A stretch of 63,890 bases of DNA, the filler included, from Sluysia triapertura (taxonomy: Eukaryota), in assembly GCA_046118255.1 (NCBI GenBank). It is 5 parts of 5 records of this genome, joined end to end, with 100 filler letters (N's around TTAATTAATTAA, not from the genome) between each part and the next. Parts side by side here need not be neighbours in the genome. Positions count along the whole stretch, not along the records: positions 12,086 to 28,649 come from JBJNIA010201153.1; positions 28,750 to 40,374 come from JBJNIA010182712.1; 3 more parts are not named here. One strand, given 5' to 3'. The notes under the pieces are model-generated. The model did no database searches and had not been told where the DNA came from. It was given only the letters and a program-made list of their open reading frames with translations. Below are positions 14,460 to 29,783 of this stretch, in pieces (position 1 is the stretch's first letter; the number at the start of each line of letters is the position of its first letter). The translations under genes and the position numbers were made by a program.

Positions 14460-15399
14460 TGGAAAAAATTTTAAAGACAAAAGTTAAGACGCAAAAACGA
14501 TTTATTCAAAAATTTATATTGTTAAAACTGAATTATAGAAAATATACTATTCGTTTTAAGATGTTAATTAGTTTAGTAACTTTAATAAAAATGAAACTTG
14601 TGTGATTTAAGTAAAGTAAGATGAAATCTAATGTGAAATATGTAAAATGATATCCATCAGTATTTTAAATATAAAACGACAAAACATAATTAAATTATAC
14701 ACTATGTATAGGGCCTGTACTCAATATAATGTATTTCATTTATGTGTTGTATGATCATTATTCATTAGTACTACAAATGAATTTAAGTAATTTGGAAAAA
14801 ATAATATGTAGCTGCTACATAAATTTGTGAAACTAACTCAGACAAACGCATTTATATTTATTTTTGTGAATCTGCGCTATGTAAAATGTTCATTGATTGA
14901 CACATTTTGAGTTGCTTGTTTGTAAAGGTTTAAAAATATAGAATGAGAAAAACTGTGAAATGTTTCGGATTGAGAAATCAGGTGAAATGAGTTTTGCCAC
15001 TACACTTTATATATTTAAAATAATAAAACATTTGTAAAATTAATTAAATATATAAGTACATTAATATGTGAAACATAATTATAATAATGTAACTTTTTTG
15101 TATATTTGTACTACTTTGGATTTAGATAATTAAATTTTGTTAAATACTGAACTGATTATATTTATGATGTATAATGTATTGTAATTAAATCACATCTATA
15201 TTTTTTGATTATTATTTATATTATTAATTTGGATTATTTTGGATTTTAATATCTGAATATATAAGCTTAATTTTGTAAAATAAATCAATTTCTAAATTTA
15301 ATTTTAAATTTTGTTTTATGAAAAGAAACTTTGTAAATTTTAAAATTATAAGAAGAAAATTATTATTTGTTTATTATTATTTTATTATCAAGTACGACT

Positions 15400-16700
15400 T
15401 ATATATCATTTAAAATAATTTTTTAAAATCATTTATACACACAAAATAACAAATTACAAGTTGTTTTAAATATTTACAAGAAAATTTATTTTTTGGAACC
15501 AATTTATTGAAGACATTTGGACAAGCATTTAACGATTTTCTTATTTCGTTAGTTCATTTTTAATTAAGTTTAACATGCTGTTTAAGTACTTCTATAAATT
15601 CTTACTCAATATTATTTAATAAAACGTGTTTCCGGAATCATATAAAGATTCCCTTGTAAAATCATTACTAAATTAATCACTATTATATTAACTTTATTAA
15701 GTTAATATTGTAAATTATTATTTACTGAGTATCGTTATATTATCAATTTTTTTGTATAATTGTATTTTTTGCATAGTATAATTTCCGAAATTATTTATTA
15801 TTTTACCATTTAATAAAAGATTCCTTTAAAGAATCTTGTGTAATTTATATAGACGTAAAATTCATAAATTCCGTCTAATATTTAGTTGTTTCCGAAGTTT
15901 ATTCGGATTTGTAAAATCAAAAATTTTATAATAAATCCTTTTTCATAGGATTTTCGTAAAATCATATTCAATAGTTATCAAGATTAAACTTCAATAATCA
16001 CGCAAAATTAAAAATCTTATAACAACCAGATAAGTAACATCCATATTAAATTTTGTAATTTTAATTTCTTTACTTGAAATTCAACGGCTAAGTCTAGTAC
16101 GTTGGTGGATTCACCATAAGAAAATCTTCTACTTTATTCGTAAGTCTAAGTAAAAAAACTTTAGCAATATAATTTTAAGTTTGCAAGTATCTTATATATC
16201 TTATCTATAAAGTGATTCTGAAGGATGAGTTCGGCTACAGTAAGTGTCTTAAAACCTGATTCATTATCTTTTCATTATTTTAAGTATAAAAATTCAATAT
16301 TTCGTAATAAGAAATTAAAATTTGTCTTTGTTTAATGAATTCGGTCTTTTTAAAACAATTGTATACACAGTTTCAACCTTAACATAGCATTCTGTATTCA
16401 AATGTTATTCACAAAAATGTACTTTTCTAAGGTTCTAAAGTTTAATTTTTATAGTGATTTTGATTTCGAGCAAGCATAAATTTTCAAAAATTTATTTATA
16501 TAGACAAAGTCTTAGATTGGGTATGATTCGTTTAGGATATTTGGATGTTGAATTAATCTTGCAAAACAGATTTTCTCAGTGTTTTGTATTTGCTGTGGTT
16601 TTCTTAAAGCTAAACTTACGGAAAAATAAAATTGAGCCGGGTCCAGTTACAGTAAACGTCTTACTATAATTACTTTAAAAATACGTTTAACACGTTTGGA
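15400..16700 (-). pseudogene. decayed gene homologous to the copy D1 cargo (43000-44151)
   Basis: Colinear similar blocks: 16078-16140 versus 43858-43935 (caacggct...agtacgttggtg), 15630-15680 versus 43440-43490, and 15935-15960 versus 43675-43700. Confidence 0.5.
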
Positions 16701-17093
16701 GGGTCCTAAACTTAAAATATCACAATGAACAAAAAATAATTACTTTAATTTTAATAACTAAATATAAAAACTAACGAATCTTTAAAATATTATGCAACAA
16801 AAATAATAGAAATAGAAAAACAAAAGACTTGGATTTTAAAATCAAAATCCTTTTGGGATCTTTGATTTGTTATCTATTTCAAGTTAAGTAGAAGATTTTC
16901 CCTGAATATATCGGGATCCATACAATAATAATGCTTAAATTTCATTTTGCCTGCATTTTATGATTTTGGCTTATATGAAAGTCCAAATCTCCTTAAAATG
17001 AAATAAGTTACCCTTGCATGGAAATCGATTAAAAAACTCCAATCCGGCTTTCAAGCGAACTGCTAAAACACTGAACGAATTGAATAATAAATT

Positions 17094-17230
17094 CAAAATG
17101 GCGGTGCTATATACGGACTAGTTGTAAAATGGCGCTGAATTTTGTTAAACTAATTAAAATGTTGCTAATTTATATACTTGTCATCAGCCAATAAAAATCG
17201 ATGGAACATTCTAGAACATTCTAGAAGCTT
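17094..17230 (-). promoter_or_regulatory. heat-shock-element promoter: HSE + CCAAT + TATA + two YY1-like motifs
   Basis: gGAAc aTTCt aGAAc aTTCt aGAAg (17203-17227) is five perfect alternating nGAAn units. CCAAT is at 17188, TATATAAA on the minus strand at 17169-17176, and AAAATGGCG at ~17095 and ~17126. Confidence 0.65.
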
Positions 17231-20200
17231 TATTCTATTTATAGAAGCGAATTTTCTTTTTTAGAAATTTTGTTTTCTTTTTTAGAAAATAAATTCCTTT
17301 TTTGGGAAATAAATATTTTTAAAGTGTTTTTAGACATTTATAAATAATTTTAAATGGTCGTCATGACAACGGAACATATTTTTACTTATTTATATTCAAA
17401 ATTTTCATTCAATTTTATTTCCAGGTGTCTATTTTCATAATAAAATTTAATAATTATTTAGAAGCTGCTTATTTACGTGACTTACATATAATAAAAAAAA
17501 ATAAAATTATAAAATTTTGGGCCTATATTATGTTAGCAAACAGATAATATACTAATTCTGATTAAATGAAAGAGTAATATTTGGGTATTATTTATCATTA
17601 TTGTACGACATAATATTTTGATGATTACCTTGGATTATTTTTCATTCTCACATTTTTTGAAGTTTTTATTCACGTAAATGATACATTATCCATTTACATT
17701 TAACGTTAATATCAAGAATTATAAACTCTTTACGAGTGAACATTAATATTTTTATAATTATAATATGAATTTTATTTATTTAAATTTGACAAAACGTAAT
17801 TTATTTATTATTTTTTAATTAAATGCTAAATCTTTTATTTAATTATTTAGATACGGAACAAGGAACTTGAATCTTTCCTTATAATTTGCACTTTCACCAA
17901 TATCAAAGTAAAAAAAAGAAATTTTAAATAGATTAATCAAGTAAAAAAAATTACCAATTATTAATGCAGATATTCTTTATTTTAATAAACATCTAAGTTT
18001 TATAACAATACAATACTTTTATTAAGATAATATTTCAATAGGAAAATTTAGATTACAATAGCTATGCAATGTTTTTATACTTTTAATTTTATAGTCTTAA
18101 ATTTTTTAATGCAATATTTAAAATTTTTATATTTAACGTTTACAGTGACAATGAATTTTAGCGATAATTCATATTATCAAATAGAAAGTTTAATTTTAAG
18201 TAACATAAAATGTTATGATTATTTGAATTCAAGCAAATTAATAAATAAACCTTAAAATTATATCTAAAAACAAACAATACAACAATTATTTAATTATTAA
18301 TTAGTAAAAATGTTCGAAAAAACTTTCCTAGAGTTACTGATCAAATATTATAAACAGATCAAATGATGAATTAAAAGTTATGAAATTAAAATGTAACAAA
18401 AGAAATAATTATATATAATCAAAGTTTCAATAACTTTGTGATTAAAAAAGAATTTATAATTTTTAAAGTAAATTTAACTTTAAAATAAGTAATAATTTAT
18501 CGAACTAAAAATTAACGAATATAATGAACGATCTAGGATTACATATTTCACGAACTTTATTTTACTCTATTTAGTGTGGTGGCAAGAACTCTCAAATAAT
18601 TTTATTATATATCGCTTTTTACAAAACAACCCATCAATCTTCAATTTACATAAGAAATAACGTTGTATGATCTTCTTAATTCTTCATTTCAACTCATTCA
18701 AACGTTGACTAAAATAAGTCATAAGTCTTCATTAATACATACAAATGTTTCTTTAAATTCAAAAAGAAATTTGTAATTAAAAACCAAAAGGATCATCATC
18801 GTTATCAATTTTAATAGCATATTCGAAGTTTTTTCGGATTGATTTATTTAAATTTAAATTTATAAATCATTCTACAAATAAAACGCATTAATATCATTTA
18901 TTATAAGTATTCTACATTGTTTCAATGCAATGTTATCTATGCAGCAACTATTCAGTTTAAGATGCTTCTAAGAAACAAAAAACATTTTGTTTATTAAATG
19001 ATAGAAAATTTTCAACTCATCACCGAACGAATAAGTAAGTCAAATTAATAATTAAGTAAAGAATCAGACGAAACAATAGATGATCAAGTAAAATCATCAT
19101 ATAGACTGGATTTATTTCATCGACACGTTCGTGACTTCATGTTAAAATCGATATCACAACTATTTTTTCATTCGTTTTCAGACACTATTACATAACTCAC
19201 AACCACAAGTCAAGTAGCCTTATTAAATATTATGGCTTTCTTTTCTTCAAATCAATTTAAATTTTTGAAATCTAATTATGTCTAGATATAATCAGTGAAA
19301 TATTGAGGAATTTGTAAAGAAATGTGAAATTTCAATGCCATAGAATCTCAAAAAAATTTGTTTATAGAAAAACTTTGCGAAATCGTAAAATGATTAAATA
19401 TAAATTCACATATAAATAATATCATTATTATTTATTAAATTAAAACAGATTTAATTCATTTTTATCTTTTATGGTCGAAAATGAACAATAAGTTCAGTCA
19501 TGATGGTGTAAGTAGAAAAGTAATTGATAAAAATAGGAATTTTCAAGATATCAATGATAAAAAACAAACTTATAAATTTTTTTAATACAAATGAGAATGA
19601 ATGTAAAATACGAACAACTACCATAAAATTTTCTTTATGATCCTGTATCATACTTTTCTTTGATTTTTCTATTTTTATTTATTTGACATGACTTAGATTA
19701 TGTTATAATGGTGTTATGTTAAAATCAATACAAGCATACACCTCGATAATGACATTTAAAAATGAAATAGAATGGACTTATTTAATAATCACAATTTTAT
19801 GGTTCTACTAGAAGTTTGTCAATCAGTGAAAAGATATATAAGGATAATAGAAATATTACTTTATTTCTCTTATCATTACTAATTATTGAATTATCATTAT
19901 TATTAATACTACATTGTTATTGTCTAATTATTCTAATCCATCTCCATACATGGAAATGAAATTTTATTATGTTGTTATGGATATATTTTTGTGTATGCAT
20001 ATTACATTGAATTATTATTATTCATATTAGAATGATGATAATTAGTTTATCAAGAATTATTATAAAAGTTTATCAAGATAGTAAATTATTTTCAAGAATA
20101 ATTGGCTATTTTCATTTTGTTGTAATAATTAATACTTGGTTTATGAGTTATTGTGGGTGCTAAAGGACAATGATTGATTAAAAAATAACTAAATTTATTT

Positions 20201-20655
20201 AACTCATTTAGTAACATATTTTTTTATTTTGTTGATTTTCACATTTGTTCACTATTTGAAAATAAGCGAAATACAAAATACTCACCGTCTGCTACAAGCA
20301 ATATGTATAATATTATGTTAAAAATTCTTTGCTCCAAGTGGTGTACGTAAAATTCCAAATGAGGATTTTGGCAGTTAATTGGTTAGTAATTATTATTCTT
20401 GTCACCTTAGTCAGGTCACTGTACGTGTTTTTAATTATATTATTGTTATTGATGAATTTTTATAATATTAATAATAATGATAATAATTGCAGTATAATTT
20501 GCAACAATAAAAATAGTAATCACATCATCGAATGAAAAGCAGAAACACCAAAATAGAATATTATTATTCAAAAATCGTACATTATTTATTTTTTAGTGAC
20601 CTTCAATCAGTTGAACAATAAAAGAGAGAAAAAATCTATTATTATTATTATTATC

Positions 20656-20687
<32 letters not shown>

Positions 20688-20849
20688 TGCACGTAAAATC
20701 ATAGATAAAATAAATAAATCCGCGTTATTTTCACATTTATTAATTAAAATCCATATTCGAATACTAAATCATATTATTTTGTATCATATACAAAATAATA
20801 TGATACGATTATAACTGATATAATAAAATCGTTTTAGAAGTGGTCTGAC

Positions 20850-22980
20850 TACCACATATTATTCGCCATTTTTCGCAGGTAATTTGTTAAATAATCAATG
20901 ATTATTCAGGCGGAGTGCACCAACCCTTAAAATATAAATCTATAATGAAAACATCTCACTAAATGTTCCATTCACATCACTACTTATAAAGATAAGTATT
21001 CAAAATGAAACATAATACGATACTTTTTCTGAAATTCTTCAAAGTTTTTATGAATTCCATAAATCGGATTAAAGTCATCGATTCTGAATTGTTAATTTTG
21101 GAAAGAAGTGTAATCAAGAATATCATCTTTTGTTGGAATGATACAATAAAAACTATTCAGATTATGTGTTTAATATGAAATGAATAGTCTTATGACTACC
21201 TCTAGAATGTTATTAGTTGTGCTAGTAAACTCTCTAACAATCAAGAATAACTTAAAATGATTTAATTCAAATAACAGTCCTAGACATTAATTTTCAATAC
21301 GAGAAAAGCGAATTTATATATCAAGAAACTAACATGAAACGTATATGTTTGTTGTCATTTACGTAGTAATACTATTTATAGTCCAAATATTCTGATTTCC
21401 AGAGGATCTTCTTATGTTCTCGTTTGATTTAATGTAATATCCTAAATGAAATGAGCACATGTCATCTCATATCATTCATTTTCTTTACAAATAGGACATC
21501 ATCCATAATAATTTACTTCTTTAATTATGTCATCATGGAATAATCGTTACGTTTCGATTTTAACACCTCGTACTATGTTTGCAGGTTGTAGCAATTTGGC
21601 TCTATGAATTCATTTAAAGGAAATACTTTTTAAAACTTATAGCATCTTATTAATGGTCAAATGGTTAAACGATCTTCACATGATACCTTTAGAATCACAT
21701 TTATATATTTTGTCAGTGTTATTCCTTCTGCATACCTTACTTTTATATTTATGCATGTTAGAGTCACTTTTCTGATTATTCAGATTACAGGTATGTTTAC
21801 TAATTTCCATATAAACATATGGAAATAATTATTAACATATAAGGTAATAATATTATCCTTAGCACTGAATGTGAAACTCTTAGTCTTACCCACTTCTAAA
21901 AAACCTCAGCCTTTGATAGCGCTATTTCAAATAGTTTTGCGATGCTATCCTCTTCCAGCCAATTTTTACTATTAGAGATGCTGTAGTTTCTAACTTTCAC
22001 CCAAATTCTCCTAATGACTCAATTTTACCTTGATTTGATTTTTAAAAAATTTGCGGCTTAACAAAACGAATACACTATCCGAAGTATTCATAAAATATTT
22101 TTAGTACAACATTATAACTGTCTTTGTCTTCTTTTAACTAGATATAAATGTCTAATCAAGATCTACTTAAGGAATTTATTATTATTTTTAATAGGGAACA
22201 AATATCTTTTTTAAAATTTTAAAAATCACTAATTAACAATATCTAAGATTAAACTAATGATTAATTTTCATTTATGAACAAGATTTTTAAAAGATACCTT
22301 AAGCATTGTTTCTGTAAACAAGCAAAATCACTATAAAAATCAAAGTGTCAAGCATTTTAAGTGTGCATAGGAGTGTCATATACATCGTTAAAATGTATTT
22401 TAATTTGGATATTATACCTACTTGATAAGTTTGTTTCCTCAGAATCAAGAATAAATTTGTCCACTAAATCGAATAATTCTTCTCTCCAGGAATTATTACA
22501 ATAATTTGTTATTGTTGTGTGATTACAGTTAAAATTACCGCATTAATCAATATTTCTCACTGACATTATATTAAAGCCAAAAGTTTCTCATTACTATTCT
22601 ATAATTAGTATTTCTCTATAGCTAATTTTACTTTACAATTAAATATAAGTATTATTCCGTATAATAGTTAATTTCATTCTATAATATAACTTTTGTCATA
22701 TAATTCATTTACATACGCCTGGTTAATTTGTACTATTCGTATTTTTCAGTGCTTATTTCTCACTTCTATTTTTGTATTTCTATGTTATTTCTCTTCCAAT
22801 CTCTATCTTTTCCTTCTAGCTAATTCATTGTGATAGTTTCCATTTTTCATTCACTTTATTCTATTTTCATTTTCTTTTATTGTCTTCTAAGTTTAAGAAT
22901 ACTTTTGAAATATTTCTTTCCAGTATTTTTTCCAACAGTATTACAGTTCTTTGAACAGCTTCTTTTATTAAAATCTATTT
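20850..22980 (-). mobile_element. possible highly decayed LTR-retrotransposon gag/pol remnant
   Basis: Coding-like purine skew on the minus strand, degenerate zinc-knuckle-like Cys spacing near 22560-22650, and a DDIL fragment near 21120. No intact ORF. Confidence 0.25.
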
Positions 22981-25900
22981 ATTTTAATTAAGTTGTATAT
23001 ATTTCATTAAAAATAAATAAAACAGACAACGTATTAACGATTTATAATAAAATACTACAATAGTATTTAAATAAGAACTACATTTTAATAAATTTTAATA
23101 AGTAATACATGTTTTAATAATAACACATCAAATTTCGACAAAATTAAAATCGTTTATTAACCCACAATTTATTGTTTTCTTAAATTTCAGATAAACAAAC
23201 TGAAATTATTATATGTAGAATATGAAATAAAATATTTTAATAAACAAATATAAAGTACACTCCATGCATTAAGATTAAATATTACTTAGTATTAAAAATA
23301 GTTACTAAACTGATTATTGCTTTAATTATTAATATCTTGCTGAGAGTACATAGAAACTCTTGATTAATAATTTTATTTAAACCTTTTTTAAAATCATTTT
23401 AAGCAAACAGATAGTAATATTTTTAATGTATTTTGTTTTGCAATTAACTTATGAAAGTATATTACAAATGTAAAATAAAAGTGATAAATTCTTATAAAAC
23501 AGCTCATCAGAATCCAACGCGATCTATATTAAAATCTTTTTGTCATAATTAGTCTTATTTTTTTTAAAACTGTTTTCTTTTTATTATTTATTTATACTTA
23601 AAAATATTTTTTCATTAGTTTAATAATTTAAAAAAATGTATGCCCTATCAATTTTAGAATTTTTATTATTGTTTATTACTTTGATTTTTAATTATTATTA
23701 ATTTGATTGTTATTAATATTATTATTCATACAAAAATATCATATTTATGCTTTATGAAATAATACTTAACTAATTTACTCTTACTTGACTATGCATCTTT
23801 TTTAAATGTTTTTTAAATTATTTCACTGTAATGATTTTCAATATCAAAATAATTATTTCTTTAAAACTGCTTATAAATAAATCAACATTTATAACTTTAA
23901 TGAACTTTAATGAAAATAGTGGAAGTAGTTTAAAATTAGTGATTTTTACAAAGAATAAAGCAATACCATGCATATCAAAGTTGACATTTTGAAAACGAAA
24001 AATGTATTCATTTATAATTAAGATTGAAGTGGTACATTTCAAAGTGTAAATTATCTACTTGTCAAAACTATAAAAAAATTATAACTAAAATATTTTTAAA
24101 AAAATAGTACTGTAATGAGAATAATATTTTATAAATTGTTTAAGTATTATTATATAAATAATAATTGTTTGCTTAAAATTTGATAGTTGTAATAACAGTA
24201 CGCTTTTACTTAATAATATTAAACGTTTATATATTAAAAAAGGATTACATAATAATAATTAATTAATATTAATTATTAAATATAATAACTATTAATTTTT
24301 ATTATATTTTTTTTATTAAGTCAACATTATTTTATCAATTTTATTTTATTTTATATTCCAAAAAAATAAATTTTAATATTGTTATTTCTGACATCGCTGT
24401 AAATAACTTAAAAAATTGTATTTTTAGACAATATTGTGTTTATGGAAATGATGTTAGGCAAAATTGAATTTTGTTATGAAATTAAAAATCAAATCAACTC
24501 ATTTGTATAATAAAATTTTTGGAAAAGAAAAATAAGTTTTCAAAAAAGAAGTGTTTACTAAAATAGAAAACGAAAAGTTTGGATTTTTCTAGAATTTTCT
24601 TTTAATATTACTAGCTGATGACTAGTGTATATAATGACACATACACAGAATGGTACAATTTTAACACACACACACACACACACAATTTTTTGTATACAAT
24701 TCAATCAAACTAGAATTTGATTTTACAGCCACCATCTTGAATTTCAATCTTGAGGTTAATACATTAAAGTGTACGTAAAATTATTTTCAATTAATTTTCT
24801 TCATCCCGATTTAATGAGGGAAAAAATTTATAATTAAAATCTTTAACTTAAATTATTTTGTTTTATCTCTTTAAATCATGTAATGTTATTGTTTATGTGT
24901 ATATATTGAGGATGTTTAAAATCATCTTTCACTTTTATCAAAAATCATTGTAGAGCTAAATGCAAATATGCCTGTAATAAAAATTGCAATAAAATTCGTG
25001 AAAGATTTGTGTCAGTCAATAAATTCATTACATATTCAATTTCATTTCGTTAATTCAAAGTATTGTAAAAAAAATTATCGCTCTTTTGAAGCTGATAAAT
25101 CAGCTACATACACATTTTCTGTGCTACTTTGGCGTGGCAATTTATCACGCTATTATAGATTTATGCGCTTTAAATAAAATTATTATTATTGTTTACAGTG
25201 TTATATAAATATTAATTATTAATTAACATTAATATTGTTATTATTATTATTTATGTAATTATTATTGTTATTATAAAATTATCATTATTATTATTAATGT
25301 ACATTATCATTGTATTATTAAGATGAGTAACATCCTAGCAATTTAAAAAATGACAAATTTAAGTATCATAAATTGATCAGAGAAATAACTAACACATTGA
25401 TCATCAGTATATCCAGATTTATGTTCTGTCCCATTTCATTTATTATTCCGACTAATACATTTACTCACTTCTGTAAAAATTTTATTTCTCTGTATTATTC
25501 TTCAAACAATAACCAACTGTTAATTTTTCACGATTTTAAATGACCACTATTAATCGTTAATTTTATGTAAAACTTTCGGTGGTTGGTTTTTAGATTCTAA
25601 ATTAATTCACTACCTTTTTAATTACGTAATGAATTTTTCTGTTCTTTCTACAAAATTGTGTTTTTGATATGTTTTTAATTTTTGCTAAAATATTTCATTT
25701 TTATATTATATAATCAAAAAAATAATTTTAATGTTTTTATTGATATAAATTTTTGTTAGTATTAAAAGAAATATGTAAAATAGCTTAATTATATTGTTTC
25801 ACTATAAATAAGTATAATATAAATAAATTCTAATGAGAAATCTGCATGAGATGTAACGGAACTTGTATTCATTTTAATGATGTTGTGACAGTACTTAAAC

Positions 25901-26059
25901 TTTAAAATAATTTGTTCAATAAAATGCAATATAATAATAATAATAATTATTATTATTATTATTTTGGGATTTCCAATTGTGTATGAGGAAATGAGGGAGA
26001 AACACATGGAGCTATAATATAAAGAGAGAACTGGTACAAATTGATGGATTGAACATTAT

Positions 26060-27180
26060 GAACTTTGTCGGAATATGAATCATGAAAATAAAACCTTCTA
26101 TAATAATGTTAACAGCTAAAGAATAGCTTGGCATTACAAAGACCTATATAAGGTGTATAGACCTTTGAGGTTCTTAATCTTGAGATCATCTAATACCTTA
26201 TTAACCTTTAGGTATTCTTGAAAACTTGATAAAGCATTTAAAGACCTTAAAATCTTTCAAATATTTGAGAAATAAAATCATTATTATTGGTATTAATAAT
26301 AAATTTAGTAATAATTAACATGAAGAAGTAGAAAAATGAATCAGAGAAGTGAAGGTGAAAACATCTAGAGCCCCCTGACTGCCTTATAAACTGCTAAATA
26401 ACTTTAAAATCTTAATAAACCTTTAAGCATAAAATGAGATTAAGTCTAAAAATAGATTAATTAATTAAAATCTTAATTAACTTAAATAAGAAAAAGTACG
26501 TTTTTTCTGAACAACTTTTGAATGCGAAAGGCTGCCTTGAATTTGAAACTGTTTATGTATTTGTTTTGAAATGACCTTTTGATGAAAGTATGGTTTGACC
26601 CAGTTCATACAAGGAAAGCCTAAATATTGAACAAAGTCAAATTTTAATTAATTTTTAATTATGGAATGTTGAATTTTTTTATAGTTGGAATGATGAAAAT
26701 ATAATGAATGGAATACGAGGAGAATCTAGAAGTTAGCTTGAAATGTTTGTGAGATTCTTTGTTAGAGAATAAGAATGTGAAACATTTTCCAAAAGGAAAT
26801 TGGGTGTGAAAAATTAAAAATCAATTAAATTCTAAAAATTGAAATTTAATACATTTTTTTTATACATGCTAACATTATTGATTGTTATTTTAATGTGAGA
26901 ATTAATTTAAATAAAAATAGATTGAGTACAGTAAAAAAGAATGATGGTTAGTAATAAATCAAATTTTTGTGTTTTGTACCAAATGAAGTTTGACAGAACG
27001 TACCATGTAATTGTCAATGTTGTCGGTCTGATTCTCAAAGAGGTTTTGATAATTTATATGAAAAAGTGTTTGATTGTGAAACTCAGGATTCATTGGATGC
27101 TGAAAGAGTATAAAATGAAAATTTTAAACATTTTACAACACACTCAAAAAACCACAATATCAAGATCCATGTTTGGGTGA
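26060..27180 (+). repeat. dispersed repeat family 2 (~1.1 kb), copy 1
   Basis: Colinear with the reverse complement of 55285-56460 and with 40090-40374 (e.g. aataattaacatgaagaagtagaaaaa, tttgacaga.cgt.ccatgta.ttgtcaa, gattctcaaagaggttt). Confidence 0.85.
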
Positions 27181-29783
27181 ATATTAGTTTATTTGTTATT
27201 ATTTTAATTATTTTAATTAATATTTGGGGATTTCCACTTAATTTTTCTTTATTATTGTTATTAAAATAAAATTTTTGGAAAACTTTTAATTATTTTGTTG
27301 TTGGTTATTTTAATTTTATTGCTTTTGACAAAATAAAATTTTTCGGAGGAAGTTTAATTTTGTTAAGCCAATTATTTGATTATTTTAAGCCATTGATAAA
27401 ATGATTTTTGGGTGGATTTGGGTGTCCAAATTATTTTATAAAATTTAATTGTTTTTAAGTTAGGTTAAAATTATCTAAAAATATTTAAGCATTATCACTA
27501 GTTTCTTTGGATGGATTGTTGTGTCCTTAATATTATTATAAACATTATTGTTAATCTTATAATTTTAGTCATTTTTATTATTGTTAAGTAGAGACTTAAA
27601 CTAGCAATTTGTATTTGATTTTTGTAATTATTAAATTACTGAGTTGTTTGATTTGATTTAAAAACTTAATTTTGGGTTGAATAAATATCATCGTCAAAAT
27701 AGGAAAAATATAGTGAGTACTGAAATTACTGAAATAAATTGATACTGATTTATCGTAACTGATAATTTTCAAAGACGCAACATTATTGCTTTGATTTTCT
27801 TAACCTAACCTGCAGCAAAATAAATTTTAACAGCGTCCTGATACAGTATACGACTTATGACATGAAGTGGCATACCTGTAACTAAAACGTCAATTCGTAA
27901 AATATTATTGCTAGCTTGTTCTTCTGAAAATTCCCTTAATTTGCTTTAATTGGTAATCTACCGCACGTTTTAATTCAATAATGTAATTATTTTTACTTAG
28001 AATGTATTTATTTTTAATTGATAGAAAGTTTGAGGTTCTTAATATAATTATTGTCTTCCTCATAAATTCAACTAGTAACGTTTTTTATTATATTCTCTTA
28101 ATTAAAATGCTTCAATGCTTCGTTAATTTGAAAATTGATTATAAATTCTAAAATCAACCGAATAAGGAAACACAATGTTGATATAATTTTAAAATATTAT
28201 TAACAAATTATGATTACCTAATTATATACTAATCGTTCTTCATAATAAAACTCAACTAGAGAAAAATAAATACATTTCAGCAATTTAAAATTTAATTTTT
28301 ATAAATTGACAATATTTTAGAAATAATTTTACTACTCAGAAAATCGGGAATCAAAAGTTTTAAATAAAATTGATTTTTAATATATTTTGAAATTTTGACT
28401 TCTAAAGTTAAAACTACCTTAAATAGAAACAACTGATTAAATCTGATTGCTGAACTGGATGTTGAACTGATTTAATGCTTAATGTTGAACTGTTTCCCTG
28501 AATTAAATTAGCATGTAAATTTCCACAAAATTTTTGAAAATTGTTTATTTCAAGTATTTAAACTATTTAACTCCTTAACTCGCACACTCGAATTAACTCG
28601 AGCGAGGTAAACCTGCAGAAATGAGCACACTCGAGTTAATTTGATTAATNNNNNNNNNNNNNNNNNNNNNNNNNNNNNNNNNNNNNNNNNNNNTTAATTA
28701 ATTAANNNNNNNNNNNNNNNNNNNNNNNNNNNNNNNNNNNNNNNNNNNNCCGTCCATCGAAACAAGATTTCAAGCTACCTAAATAATATTTTCGATCAAT
28801 CATAGGCAAAACACGGAAACCTAAGGTGCACCACGCGTTGTCGAGTGGTACATTTCTTAATATTATCTCGGAAATGATACAATACTCGATCTGCAGCTGT
28901 AATTTGTCAACCTCGAATAAAATTTGATGATTATTTGAATTTATTAAAATTATTAATTCGTACAGTTTGACATTTCACGTGTTTCAAATTTATGGAAACT
29001 TAATTATTATTATTATTATCAATAATAGATGTATATAATCAAAACATAATCGTAACTTGTTCATTTGCTGTAACTTATAATGTTTTAAATGATGATTTAT
29101 TTGTGTGTTTTGATTTTAATCAATCGATAGTTATGCTAAGTCACAGTTTATGCAAATGAAAAACACGTAAGTTGGTATTCAAGATGACTAAACTTATTCA
29201 TGAAGATTACTATCAAAAGTTATCTATTACCAAAAATCCTATATATTTATTGGTGAATACATCTTTACAGAGAGCTGATATACCTATATAATATTGTGTC
29301 GAGAAATGTGGGTACATCAACGGTGGTTTTGATGTACGTTGTTTGTATGTGAAAGATGTACCAAACAAATCATTTTGACAAATAGTCGTGATGCCACAGA
29401 AGTTAAGCCCCGTGAAAAAGGTATCGAAACATTATGAATTCTACACGGATATCATAATAATTCATCGTTATTCGATTATTTTGAGTTTTATGAAAAGCAA
29501 GAACATACTGGTATTTCAATGACCGCTGCACGAACACCACCAGCAGCAGCATCACTAGTTCCAGGATCAAATTACTTAACTGCACATTCACATTATTTGG
29601 ATCAAATATTTCCATAGATAAGAAATATATTAATCACTCGAAATTGATTTCATTGGTTCATTTTTCTTTTCCAATTATATCAATTGGTCCTCCGTGCATA
29701 CCAATGCCGCCACCAATAAATATAGAAATTACATTATTACAATAACAATATACAATTTTATAGTATTCAAGATTTATTAAAAA

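Noticed and set aside
16380-16620. THAP domain-like fragment
   Set aside because: Only a vague Cys/His pattern across stops, with no convincing full motif.
18500-18750. hAT dimerisation domain remnant (LVWWQEL)
   Set aside because: A single WW motif without a recognisable ERxFS motif is too weak to call.
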